Program-made: the position numbers and the translations under genes
Notes under the pieces: generated by a model
What the model saw: only the letters and a program-made list of their open reading frames with translations
Database searches by the model: none
Told to the model about the DNA's origin: nothing
NCBI GenBank assembly: GCA_030390025.1
Contig: CM059432.1
Coordinates: forward strand, 50,222,001 to 50,286,000
Length of the DNA: 64,000 nucleotides
From: Squalus acanthias
Taxonomy: Eukaryota
Direction: 5' to 3'
Part shown: positions 51,170 through 63,673 of the stretch, piece by piece
Layout: every line of letters begins with the position of its first letter
Numbering within the stretch: the first letter of the stretch is position 1

Positions 51170-52093
51170 AGTATTCTGTTAATTCATGTAAAATAAACCA
51201 GTTTGTTGATTTACAATTGTGTTTCATCTTGTGAGGGTGCTTTTCAGTAAGCCTTAAAAGATGGGAGAGAGCACAGGCAGCACATGCAAGAACATATAAT
51301 ACAGTACGCATAGCAAGGAGATTTATTTATAATCTCCAGGTCATGCTGTCATTTAACTGGTATTGAACAGTAAAGGTACTCTCCAATTTGTAGGTGAACC
51401 AAAGTCCGCTGACATTGAACCTGAGAGAATATCTCGTAGACCTGAAATTTGAAACAGAAAACAATTTAGATCTTTTATTATATCTGTATTTTGCATTATA
51501 ATGCAAATAAATTTAGAAATCACAGTAATTCTGGTTTGTGGTGACTGATCCCAAGTGTTTTATGGATCCAATTTAGCCAGGTTTAATAATCGGTTAAAAA
51601 ATATTTTAGTGGCACAGGCCTTTCAACCCTTCTGCATTTTGTGTATGACAAACTAATTTTTATTTCCGCAGAATTCCCCATGGAGTTTAATTTGCCATAA
51701 CAGTGTCAGCTTCCAACAATTTAGATGATTTATGCTAATGCTGAGTAGCTTCAAACAATATTCTAGAGGTTCTCTAGTAACTTAGACAGCTGAATGTTTG
51801 GAATCCTACCTAGAAGATGGCAAGTGTTGAGTCTCTAGGTTTCATATAATTCAAGCTTACATATCTTGATAAGATGAGATTTGGAAATTCTCAGTTGGGC
51901 TGCTAGATGAAGTGTCACATAGATAGAACCAACTTATTTAAATTCCGCCTCCTTTTTAATAATCATGCATTTATGCGCAGTGAATGCGGACAGCCATAAC
52001 TCAGACTCTCTTTTCCTATTGGCTGAAGGCATTATGTGTAGAAAGTTGCATCTGTTGGGATAAGGTAGGGAGATATTGGGGTAAAGAGTCTTC

Positions 52094-52882
52094 GGCCGGA
52101 ATTTTCTCAAGGGAGGCAGGTTGGGGGCGGGGGGCCTCCGAGGGGGGCGAGAAACCCAGGAGGACGGGTTTTCCGCAGGCCCTGCTGACTTTAACGAAAG
52201 GGCCTGATTTGAATGTGAGGCCTCGGATTCCCACCCGCAGCCAGCCAGATTGAGAGGCTGGCTGGCTGTGGGTGGGTAGGCCTCAAAAGCGAGGGTCCGG
52301 TCCGGGGGAGGGATCGTGGGAGAGGGGGTCGGCAATTGGTTGGGGAACGGGGTGCGGGGGAGAGGATCGGCCGGGGTCAGGGATTGGGGGATGGGGGGGG
52401 GCTTGGCCAGGGATCGGGGGTGGGGTAGGGTCGGCCGGGGATTGGCAGTGGGGGGGGAGAGAGGATTGGGCTGGCCACCGGAGGATCGTGTCCGGCCTCA
52501 TCATCATCGTTGCGGGGGGGAGGCTTGGGGGGGAGGCCTGGGGGGGTGATCGGAGGCCTCGTGGGGGGGTCTCCGATCGCGGGGGGTGAGTATGGTCGGG
52601 ACCCTGGATCCAGGAGGTAGGTATAACTGCCGGATTTCACGAATTGTGTGAAACTCGTCCATAGGCAGTTAAACACAAAATGGACGGGGGAAAAAGAGGC
52701 TTCCAGCCTCATTACAATATTTAAATTGAGGTAACGCTGCCTGGGAGTGGGTTAGTCGCCCGCCCCCCCGTCCCACCAAGACCAGAAGTGGGCGGATTGG
52801 AGGCGGGATCAGGTCATTTTTAACACTTTAACTGCCCCCCATGCTTCAAACCCACCTGTTTTTTTAGGGGAAAATTCTGGCC
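52094..52882. mobile_element. MITE sharing its TIR with the 3278-7538 element; G-rich interior
   Basis: ggccggaattttc / gaaaattctggcc; flanks ttc/tta. Confidence 0.8.
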
Positions 52883-53789
52883 TTATATCTTGTAAAATGC
52901 TAGCCTAATCTCAAAAGTCAATTTTTCAGTATAAGATGGTAAATACTTTGTAAAATCATTAGAATTTAATTACACAAAGGTTCACTCTTACAATTATAAT
53001 TTATCTCCGTTTGAAATAAAAGCATTAATATATTATGAAAAATTTGGCTTCAATTTCTCCTTGGCCCATGGATTTTCAGCTTGTTTCTGGTAATTTATGC
53101 CCAGTTTGTATCCACATCCCCACCTGCTGTCACATCAGGCTTCTGTCTTTGTAAACAGTTCATGCTTCCATGGACATGCACTGATTCGTGACTGTGCTGC
53201 ACAGCCCTGCTGACAGTCCCTTGCCGTGTGAGAAGGGGCTGCTGTTATCATGTGCCCTGGCAGAAACCTGACAGGTGCCTCAGAAAAAAAAACCTCCCGC
53301 CACTACTCCACTTGACATTTGCTAGAATTGAAATAAAGACAAACAAACCTTGTCACTCACTGCCATTATAAATCATGATATGGTATTGCTGCTGAATGGA
53401 AGCTAAGTCAATTTATTCCATGGTGCTTGGCAGCATATGCTACTGGTGATATTCGGGGCTGGAGAAATTAATGACTTTTTTTCCTCCTCTGCAAAAATGG
53501 TATGTATGAATGCACGAGTAGCCATAATTAACAATGAAAGCAAATATTTAAATTAGTCCTGGAAAGAATTCACATAAATCTTTCCTCAAATATCAATAAA
53601 GACCTAAATTGAAATAAAATGAATCTTTGAAGACTGAACAGCTCTTTGGAACATGAAGGTACCCAGATGAAATATAAAGGAGCCAGATGCAATAAACAAA
53701 GGTTGGTTGAAAGTTCAAGTTTAATGATTAATTTTTATGGAAAAATAATTCATTGTTGATCTACTATGATGCATATGTGCATAAAGATG

Positions 53790-53950
53790 GTAAGGGGCAA
53801 AATGACTTGACTTTATGAAAATATGTTTAGGGCTACGGAACAAATGAAATGGTAAATAGAGTTGAGGTACAGATCAGCCATGATCTGAATGAGTGGGGGA
53901 ACAGGCTCGAGGGGCTGAATGGCCTGTTTACTCCTGTTCCCATGTTCCTA
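53790..53950 (+). mobile_element. CR1 3' UTR remnant
   Basis: gatcagccatgatct..gaggggctgaatggcct..ctcctgttcccatgttcct. Confidence 0.6.
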
Positions 53951-54221
53951 CATTTATTCACCAAAATAGTTATTTACTGCAATGTTTGCTTTGTTTAGAC
54001 CAAACTTCGTGGTACTGTTTCCTAGTATCAGTGTGCTATAGCGATAGGTAAAGTGGTGTCATACATATGGACTCCAGTAACTTTTATTGACTATCATTCT
54101 TGTGTAGAAGTACATTATTTGTGCAGAGCCTGGAATCAAACTATTAAGTGCTTGTTTTATCCAAGCTTCATTGAACCAAGGCCTCATCTGCCCTCTCAGG
54201 AGGATGGAAATGATCTCACGG

Positions 54222-57200
54222 CACTATTCAAAGAAGATAGGGAAGGAAAGAAAGGAGGTGGGGTGGCAGTATTGGTTAAGGAGAATGCTCCAGTGCTGGA
54301 GAGAGAGGATGTCCTGGAGGGGTCAAGGACAGATTCTATTTGGTTACAGTTAAGAAATAATAGAGGTGCCATTACACTACTAGGTGTATTCTATAGGCCA
54401 CCAACTAGTGGGAAAGATATAGAGGAGCAAATTTGCGGGGAAATTACAGAGAGGTGCAGGAAATATAGTGTAGTAATAATGGGGGACTTCAATTATCCTA
54501 ATATAGACTGGGATAAAAATAATGTAAAGGGCAGAGATAGGGAAGAATTTCTGAAGTGTATTCAGGAGAACTTTCTTGATCAGTACGTTTCCGGCCCAAC
54601 GAGAAAGGAGGCATTGCTGGATCTGGTTTTAGGGAATGAGGTGGGTCAAGTGGAGCAAGTTTCAGTAGGGGAACATTTAGGGAACAGTGATCATAGTATC
54701 ACAAGGTTTAGATTAGCTATGGAAAAGGACAGGGAGCAATCTAGAGTAAAAATACTTAATTGGAGGAAGGCAAATTTCAGTGGTTTGAGAACAGATCTGG
54801 CCCGAGTAAATCGGAATCAAAGATTGGCAGGCAAAACTGTAATCGAACAATGGGCTGCCTTTAAAGAGGAGATGGTTCGGGTACAGTCGAGGTACATTCC
54901 CACGAGGGGGAAAGGTAGGGCAACTAAAACCAGAGCTCCCTGGATGATGAAAGAGATAGAGAGTAAGATGAAGCAGAAAAAGGGCGCATATGACAGATGC
55001 CAGGTTGAGAATACAAGTGAGAATCAGGCTGAATATAGAAAGTTCAGAGGGGAAGTGAAAAAGAAAATGAGAAGGGAAAGAGAAAGTATGAGAACAGATT
55101 AGCAGCTAACATAAAAGGGAATTCAAAAGTCCTCTATAGGCATATAAATAATAACCGGGTAGTAAGAGGAGGGGTGGGGCCGATTAGGGATCAAAAAGGA
55201 GACCTACACATAGAGGCAGAGGGTATGGCTGAGGTACAAAATGAGTACTTTCCATCTGTCTTCACCAAGGAAGATGATGCTGCCAAAGTCATAGTGAAAG
55301 AGGAGGTAGTGGAGATAATGGATGAGGTAAAAATTGATAAAGAGGAGGTACTAGAAAGGCTATCTGAACTTAAAATTGATATGTCACCAGGACCGGATGG
55401 GATGCATCCTAGGATGCTGAGGGAGGTTAAGGAGGAATTGGCGGAGGTACTCGCCATAATCTTCCAATCCTCCTTGGATACAGGGGTGGTGCCAGAGGAC
55501 TGGAGAATTGTAAATGTTACACCCTTGTTCAAAAAAGGGTGTAAGGATAAACCCAGCAACTACAGGCCAGTCAGTTTATCCTCGGTAGTGGGGAAGCTTT
55601 TGGAAACGATAATCAGGGACAAAGTTAACAGTCACTTGGACAAGTTTGGATTAATTAAGTTAAGCCAGCACAGATTTGTTAAAGGCAAATCGTGTTTAAC
55701 TAACTTGATCGAGTTTTTTGATGAAGTAACAGAGAGGGTTGATGAGGGCAATGCAGTTGACATGGTGTATATGGACTTCCAAAAGACATTTCATAAAGTG
55801 CCACATAATAGGCTTGCCAGCAAAGTTGAAACCCATGAAATAAAAGGGACAATGGCAGCATGGATACAAAATTGGCTAAGTAGACAGGAAATAGAGAGTA
55901 GTGATGAACGGTCGTTTTTCGGACTGAAGGAAGGTATACAGTGGTGTTCCCTAGGGGTCAGTACTAGGAACACTGCTTTTCTTGATATATATTAATGACT
56001 TGGACTTGGGAGTACGGGGCACAATTTCAAAATTTGCAGATGACACAAAACTTGGAAGTATAGTGAACAGTGAGTAGGATAGTGATAGACTTCAAGAAGA
56101 CATAGGGGTAAAAATTCAGTTGGTTGCGCCTCCCGTTAGCGCCTTAAGAGGGCGCTAATGGGGCGCAAAGCCGCTAACGCCCAGGCGCAGCGATGTTTGC
56201 GCCGCTCGGGAACTTAACTAGAGATTGTGCGGCGGCGCTAAACTTTACCGCTGCGACCACCTGCGCGCGCAGATTGTGACGTCATTCCATGGTGCAACGC
56301 CCTTGTGGCGCTCTGGAGCGGAAATTGAGTGGCGCCCCCTGCCTTACCGCCTGGCGCATCCAACGACCAGAAGACTGGAACGCTATCAATCGCTGTGGGG
56401 CTGGGGGGGGCGCTATTTAAAGGGGGCCTCTTCCTGTCTTTTATTGTTGGTGGCATTTTTGAACTATGCATTCTGAGAGAGAGAGGGAGAGACTTCTGGA
56501 GAGATTCAACGTTGTGTGAAGGAGTTTTGGGTACTGAGCAGCACTTTGCAGGTTCATTTTGATTTGCCATTCCTTGTATCGATTTAGCAGAGACTGTGGG
56601 AGCTGCACTCTGAGCTCTTTGCCTGGTACTCTCCATTGTTCTTTCCAGCACATTTGATGTGCAAGTCTCTCCAGGCCGAGATTCAAGGCTGCAATGAACA
56701 GGATGTGGATGGAAAGCAAGATTAACCATCCCCTTTAAGAACTGGCCCGTGCCATTGTGTGTGTGTTCCATTGCTGACTGACATTACATGAGCTTCGCCA
56801 GCGCTCTGAGTTAGCGCCTCACTCCTTGGCCTTTGTGCCTTAATACAGGTGTGCAGCGCCTGATTTAGCGCTCCACTCACCTCCCGGGGCGGTAAAAGTG
56901 AAGTTTCCAGTCAGTGCCGATAATTAGCGCCAGGCGCTAATATTTGCGTCCAGACGATATTTGCGTCCCAAATGGGGTGCGACCTAATTTTTCCCCCATA
57001 GACAGGCTGGTGAAATGGGCGGACACGTGGCAGATGAAATTTAACGCAGAAAAGTGCCAAGTGATACATTTTGGCAGGAAGAACGAGGAGAGGCAATATA
57101 AACTAAAGGGTACAATCCTAAAGGGGGTGCATGAGTCCTGGGGGTATATGTGCACAAATCGTTGAAGGTGGCAGGGCAGGTTGAGAAAGCGGTTATAAAA

Positions 57201-57844
57201 GCATACGGGATATTGGGCTTTATAAATAGAGGCATAGAGTACAAAAGCAAGGAGGTTATGATGAAAATTTATAAAACACTGTTTTGGTCTCAGCTGGAGT
57301 ATTGTGTTCAATTCTGGGCACCGCACTTTATGAAGGATGTGAAGGCCTTAGAGAGGGTGCAGAAAAGATTTATGAGAATGATTCCAGGGATGAGGGACGT
57401 CAGTTACGTGGTGGATAGACTAGAGAAGCTGGGGTTGTTCTCCTTATAGCAGATAAGGTTGAGAGGAGATTTGATAGAGGTATTTGAAATCATGAGGGGT
57501 CTGGATAGAGTAGATAGAGAGAAACTGTTCCCATTGGCAGAAGGGTCGAGAACCAGAGACACAGATTTAAGGTGATTGGCAAAAGAACCAAAGGCGACAT
57601 GAGGAAAAACTTTTTTACACAGCGAGTGGTTAGGATCTGGACTGCACTGCCTGAAAGGGTGGTGGAGGCAGACTCAATCGTGGCTTTCAAAAGGGAGTTG
57701 GATAAGTGCCTGAAGGAAAAAAATTTGCAGGGCTACGGGGAAAGGGCGGGGGAGTGGGACTAGCTGAGTGCTCTTGCAGAGAGTCGGCAAGGGTTCGACG
57801 GGCCGAATGGCCTCTTTCTGTGCTCTAACCATTCTATAATTCTA
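54222..57844 (+). mobile_element. CR1 LINE, most of ORF2 (APE endonuclease + RT), disrupted, with a MITE insertion
   Basis: GGGVAVLVK, GVFYRPP, MGDFNYP, LDLVL, SDH; SPGPDG, YRPVSL, YMDFQK, KFADD; CR1 3' end. Confidence 0.95.
56105..56997. mobile_element. MITE (TAGCGCC-rich, family Z-like) inserted in the CR1 RT
   Basis: TIR ggggtaaaaatt / aatttttccccc with TSD ATA. Removing it restores CR1 caagaagacatagacaggctg (QEDIDRL). Confidence 0.92.
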
Positions 57845-57854
57845 AGAGCTAGAG

Positions 57855-58010
57855 GACTTCTCCCAATGTCCTGGCCAACATTTATCCCTCAACCAACAGA
57901 TGATCTTGTCAATGATTTCATTGCTGTTAGTGGGAGCTTGCTGCGCACAATTTTGGCTGCTGTATTTCCTACAGTACAACAGTAATTGGAACATCCTGAG
58001 GCCGTGAAAG
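57855..58010 (+). mobile_element. DeuSINE fragment
   Basis: gtcctggccaacatttatccctcaaccaac..gtgggagcttgctg is the reverse complement of the SINE body. Confidence 0.65.
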
Positions 58011-58319
58011 GAAGATCCTATCCTGAGGGCTTTTCATATTGGGATCAATTCTCTGGTGGTTTGCTAATCGATTCCTCACTCCATTCAATCATCTGAAAGC
58101 AGCCAGGTTGTCATATAATATTTTAATAACCAGGATAAACATGGTTTTCTATGTTATAAATAGGCAATGATATTAACATTTAGCTTAATGTAATTCTGAT
58201 CTCTGAGATGGCTAATTTGTATACAATAATTGACTTCAACAATTAATGAGCTATTTCTAAATATATGTATCTTATTTTTGTTAAGCTGTTTTTATATGGC
58301 TACAAAAGAAAGTCGGTTG

Positions 58320-59112
58320 GGTGATGCATTTTGAGGATGACTAACCAGGCAAGGGAATACACAATGAATGGTAGGGCCCTAGGAAGGACAGAGGATCAGA
58401 GGGACCTTGGTGTGCATGTACATAGATCCCTGAAGGCAGCAGGACAGGTAGATAAGGTGGTTAAAAAGGCATATGGGATACTTGCCTTCATTAGCCGAGG
58501 CATAGAATATAAGAGCAGGGAGGTTATGATGGAGCTGTACAAAACGCTAGTTAGGCCACAGCTGGAATACTGTGTGCAGTTCTGGTCGCCACACTATAGG
58601 AAGGATATGATTGCATTGGAGAGGGTGCAGAGGAGATTTACCAGGATGTTACCTGGGCTGGAGCGCTTCAGCTATGAAGAGAGACTGGACAGGCTGGGGT
58701 TGTTTTCCTTAGAGCAGAGAAGGCTGAGGGGGGACCTGATTGAGGTGTACAAAATTATGAGGGGCATAGATAGGGTAGATAGAAATAAACTTTTCCCCTT
58801 AGTAGAGGGGTCAATAACCAGGGGCATAGTTTCAAGGTAAGGGGCAGGAGGTTTAGAGGGGATTTGAGAAAAAACTTTTTCACCCAGAGGGTGGTTGGAA
58901 TCTGGAACTCACTGCCTGAAAGGGTGGTAGAGGCAGGAACCCTCACAACATTCAAGAAGCATTTAGATGAGCACTTGAAACGCCATAGCATACAAGGCTA
59001 CAGATCAAGTGCTGGAAAATGGGATTAGAAAAGACAGGGCTTGATGGCCGGCGCGGACACGATGGGCCAAAGGGTCTCTTTCTGTGCTGTATAACTCTAT
59101 GACTCTCTATGA
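58320..59112 (+). mobile_element. CR1 LINE 3' fragment
   Basis: RDLGVHVHRSLK..LVRPQLEYCVQFWSP; (actctatg)n tail. Confidence 0.9.
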
Positions 59113-59694
59113 CTTTAATTTGAACTCCGGGGTGGAAAGCTGGTGGAACGTGTGGGCTAACTGCCCAGGAGGTGCTGAGAGAGGCCCAGTCCAGGCTGGA
59201 TCTCATCTAAATGTAGCAGGCGAGCTGCCCACCCGAATGGTTCAAAGGTTCTGCCCGGTGATTATCGGATGACCTGGAGGTCGCCAACCAGAACTCAGGT
59301 AAGTTGCCGGGGGAGGTGGTCGGCTGAGTTTCACGAACACGGAATGGCCGGAGCCCGGGGCAGCAGTGGCTCAAGCTTTCTTTGTGGGGCCCAGAGCAGC
59401 ACTGAGATATAATTTTGTGCTTAGCTTTCGGGGTTTGCATTTTTGCTCCGACTGCTTCGACTGAGTTGGATGCTCCGCTCAGTAAGCCTTAAAATGGCTT
59501 TTTAATCGATAGGACTCGGATTTGCTTATATTTATGAATCAACTGCCCGAGTCAGGCAGAGGCCTCAACCGCTCAGGAGAACAGTAACGTGAAAAAGGCT
59601 GCCGGGCGGAAACAGAGAGGAAAGTGTAGCGCTTTCATTTTAACACCCATTCCACCTGCTTTCCTCCCTTGTGTATTATAAATTTCAATACATA

Positions 59695-60446
59695 GGGAGG
59701 AAAATTGGCTCGTGCTCCCTTTGGGATGATAACTTCGCGCTACTTTTAGCGCCCCGAAAAAGTTAGCACCCCTGCACCCAAAATTCAATGGTAGCGCCCC
59801 AAGCAGGAGGCGAGGCGCTCCTGGAAGCGCTCCCCCTCCCTCTTGGGGCGCTCCCATTCAATACCGTGCGCTACGTGCAGCAGCACCACACGCGCCGGCA
59901 CGTAACGCTACGGTACTGCATGCCTCCCTCCCCTGATTAAAGGGGAGGGGCCTTGCGCAGCACGCACTGGGGCCCTGCTGGACCACCGGGGAGCGGGTTG
60001 CAGGCAAAAGAGCCCCAGCACTCAAGAGGAGTGCCGGGCTGAGTGATCGCGGCCGGCACCCCGCAGGAGGAGGTGAAAGGAGGCATGTGCTGGCAGGCAG
60101 CCCAAAAAAAAGGGCTGCCCGGCACCTGCCCTTTAATTATCGCTGCCCCGGCAGCAAAAACAACCTGACCCTGTCGGACATAGCGTCCGGTGGTAGGTCA
60201 GAGGGCGCGAGCCAAGTTTGTGGCTGGGGCGCAAGCAGGGCGCTGTGCATGGCGATGACGTCATCAACAGAGGCGCAGCGCAGCCGGGCACTAACGGCTG
60301 CTGCCGCCACTAACGTCCCGCTGGATTTCATGGGTGGCATTAGCGGTGCCGTGCCCGGGCGCTAGTTGCTTTGCGCCCCGTTAGCGCCTAACCCTAACCC
60401 CCTCGGGGCGCTAACGGGAGGCACAAAACAATTAAATCTCTGCCCC
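59695..60446. mobile_element. MITE, family Z
   Basis: Ends gggaggaaaatt / aatctctgcccc with TSD ATA. Similar to 32926-33678. Confidence 0.8.
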
Positions 60447-60649
60447 ATAAGGCTTATTAATTTATGTTTTTACCTGGAAAATAATTGCTGTTTGAGATAT
60501 TAGATGAATCATCATGCTAATTGTAGATTGCTAACTACAGGACAAATGGACACAGAGGGCCCAATTCTCCTAAGATCCAGTGTAAGTCGGGCGGGATGCA
60601 GATTTACAGGTATGCAGCTGAACCCTGCTATACCTCCAGGTTCAGCTAA

Positions 60650-61728
60650 TTTTTTTTTTAATTCGTTCCTGGGATGTGGGCGTCACTGGCAAGGCCAGCA
60701 TTTATTGCCCATCCCTAATTACCCTTGGGAAGGTGGTGGTGAGCCACCTTCTTGAACCGCTGCAGTTCCAGGATTTTGACAAGCGACGATGAAGGATCGG
60801 CGATATATTTCTAAGTCAGGATGGTGTGTGACTTGGAGGGGAACTTGGAGGTGGTGGTGTTCCCATGCGCCTACTGCCCTTGTCCTTCTAGGTGGAAGAG
60901 GTTGCGGGTTTGGGAGGTGCTGCCGAAGAAGCCTTGGTGAGTTGCTGCAGTGCATCTTGTAGATGGTACACACTGCAGCCACGGTACACCAGTGGTGGAG
61001 GGAGTGAATATTTAAGGTGGTGGATGGGATGCCAATCAAGTGGGCTGCTTTGTCCTGGATGGTGTCGAGCTTCTTGAGTGTTGTTGGAGCTGCACTCATC
61101 CAAGCAAGTGGAGAGTATTCCTTCAGACTCCTTACTTGTGCCTTGTAGATGGTGGAAAGGCTTTGGGGAGTCAGGAGGTGAGACACGCACCGCAGAATAC
61201 CTAGCCTCTGACCTGCTCTTGTTGCCACAGTATTTATGTGGCTGGTCCAGTTAAATTTCTGGTCAATGGTGTCCCCCAGGATGTTGATGGTGTGGGATTC
61301 GGTGATGGTAATGCCGTTGAATGTCAAGGGGCGGTGGTTAGACTCTCGCTTGTTGGAGATAGTCCTTGCCTGGCACTTCTGTGATGCGAATGTTACCTGC
61401 CACTTACCAGCCCAAGCCTGAACATCGTCCAGGTCTTGTTGCATGCAGGCATGGACTGCTTCATTATCTGAGGAGTTGTGATTGGCGCTGAACACTGTGC
61501 AGTTATCAGCGAACATCCCCATTTCTGACCTTATGTTGGAGGGAAGGTCATTGGTGAAGCCGCCGAAGATGGTTGGGCCTAGGACACTGCCCTGAGGTAC
61601 TCCTGCAGCGATGTCCTGGGGCTGTGATGATTGACCTTCAACCCCACAACCACCTTCCTTTGTGCTAGGTATGACTCCAGCCAGTGGAGAGTTTTCCTGC
61701 TGATTCCCATTGAAGTCAATTTTACCAG
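60650..61728 (-). mobile_element. 5'-truncated LINE (same family as 1-2118)
   Basis: MFADN and AWAGKWQVTF; 3' UTR and poly(A) at about 60650-60659. Confidence 0.9.
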
Positions 61729-61734
61729 AGCAAC

Positions 61735-63627
61735 CAGGGCAACAGCAATGGTGGCAGCACGAATGCTGTTATCCTGAGAGAGGACAGCAGGTTCGTGCTC
61801 CATGGAGCCACTGCCACTCCCCTGGGGCAGCGCCTCATCAATCCTAGTAATATGTTGGAGGACAGATTGCTGAACTGCTGTGACACCCTGCAAGCCCCTT
61901 TGAACACTGATACCCACAGCCATGGTGGCAACAGTCTAAGCTTGCGTGGCAGCAAGCTGACCTTGTGTGACTTCAGTCTGAGCTTTCACTGCAGCAATCA
62001 GACTTTTGGTGGAAGCTGCAATAGAAGCTGAGACAACAGCCATTGGATGCTGCATGGTTGGGTCCGCAAGTGTGCTGATGGAGTTGGCCATCACTTTCAT
62101 GCTGGAAAGGATGGGCTCCAAGCTATGCGCAAAGCCCTGTGCCACGTTGGTGCTGGACTCCTCCATGCCCCTTGACATTGAACGCAGGCTATCTGGCAGG
62201 TTTCCCAATGCACCAAGCATTTGTTATGTATGCCTTCTTCTGTAGCCTGCCCCATCGAAGTCCTCATCTGAGTCCTCGACAGCAGAACTCGTGTGTGACC
62301 TCGCCCTCCGGTGAGCTGGCACCTGCATTATCCTTGCTCTCTGCCTTGGCTGCAGTGAACTCATGCCCAGTGTTTTACCACATGCAGATCCCACCTTGAG
62401 TGTTAAATCAAGCGACGGTGGGTCTTCATCATCAATCTCTTCTTGGTGTTCCTCCACTGCCTGGCCAGGTGGCAGTTCTTGGGTATCTGAAAGGTAAAAG
62501 GCACAAGGGTATGGTTGTGGTGAGGGAAGGGGTGGAGAGTAAGAGGTCTTACACCATCTGCAGTTTGTAAGTAAGAAAAGATTGTACGATGAGGGGAAAG
62601 TGAGATGTGAGAAGGAGGATTAGGTATTAGGATACCATCATCTTCAATGGTTTCAGCCCCGCTGCTGATCATGGGCTCAGCAATGACCCTTCTGATAGTG
62701 GTCAGCACCGTCCTCTGCATGGGGGTTAGGAAATGCAGACGTGCCTTTCCCCCTCCAGTTAGTTCCTGTTGTCTACGGTTATGTGCCACATTGTCCTGCA
62801 AGAGAGAGGGAAGTGTGTTAGTGAGTATTGTGAAATCTGTTTGGGTGATGTGGCTGTCATGGTGGAATATCTGGCAGTGTGTGCAAGCTGTGAGATGTAG
62901 GTGCGAGGCTTGATGCAATGCTAAATGTGTGAGGGTGGGGTGGAGCATATGAATGTTAGGTATGAGTCCTGATTGATAGAGATTGTTGGTAGGTGAGTGA
63001 TGGGGTATGGTGAATTGAGCAGTATGTGAGGCTAGTGGTGCAGTTGGTGGGATATGACATTTGAAGAAGCACTCACTGATCTTGCCCACTGGTGTGAGGT
63101 CATTGAACTTCTTGCTGCACTGCATCCAGGTCCTCGGGGCTAGATTCCTGGCATTGACCTCCACGGCTATCCACTCCCACTGCATTTTGACCGTGTGTCT
63201 GGAGGGCCTTCTGGCCCCCTGTGAATACAGGATATCTCTCTTCCTTTCCACTTTCTGCACCAAGAACTCCAGTGCAGTGTCGGAAAAACCTGGAGCCCGC
63301 TGTCTCCCATGTTGTGCCATTTTTTACTGTTTCCCAGGTCAGAATCACTTCCTGCACAACTCCGAGCACCTGCACCAACCATAAAGCACCTCCCCTTTAA
63401 GAGGTGGAAGCTGGCTTTGAGAAGTGCTAGGAAGTTAAGATTTTGCACTCCCTGCTGATGCGTGTAGCCAATGAATAGTACGGTAAGCACTGGCTGCACT
63501 CAGAAATCATGCTAATTAGCAGGCAGCACAAAGATGGCGTGCTATATTAATTTCAAACAATGGGCGCAGGTTAATCGCGCATTGCGATCCCCGCACTCAT
63601 TATCGGAGCCTCTCCAATTTAGCCCCC
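61735..63627 (-). mobile_element. Harbinger subfamily B copy 2: Myb gene (exons 63320-63081, 62795-62636, 62485-) and right end
   Basis: Closely similar to 8020-9577. TIR-like end ccaatttagcccc at about 63627. The exon 1 donor is mutated (aag|atcagt). Confidence 0.8.
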
Positions 63628-63673
63628 AGTGCCTCTGACAATGCAGCACTCCCTCAGTACTGCATTGAAGTAT

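Noticed and set aside
60387..60400. Interstitial telomeric repeat (cctaaccctaaccc)
   Set aside because: Only about two units inside a MITE, explained by slippage of the local gcgctaac motif.
62403..63320. 305-aa ORF as an intact single-exon gene
   Set aside because: It reads through two introns by chance; comparison with sister copies shows spliced exons and a mutated donor.
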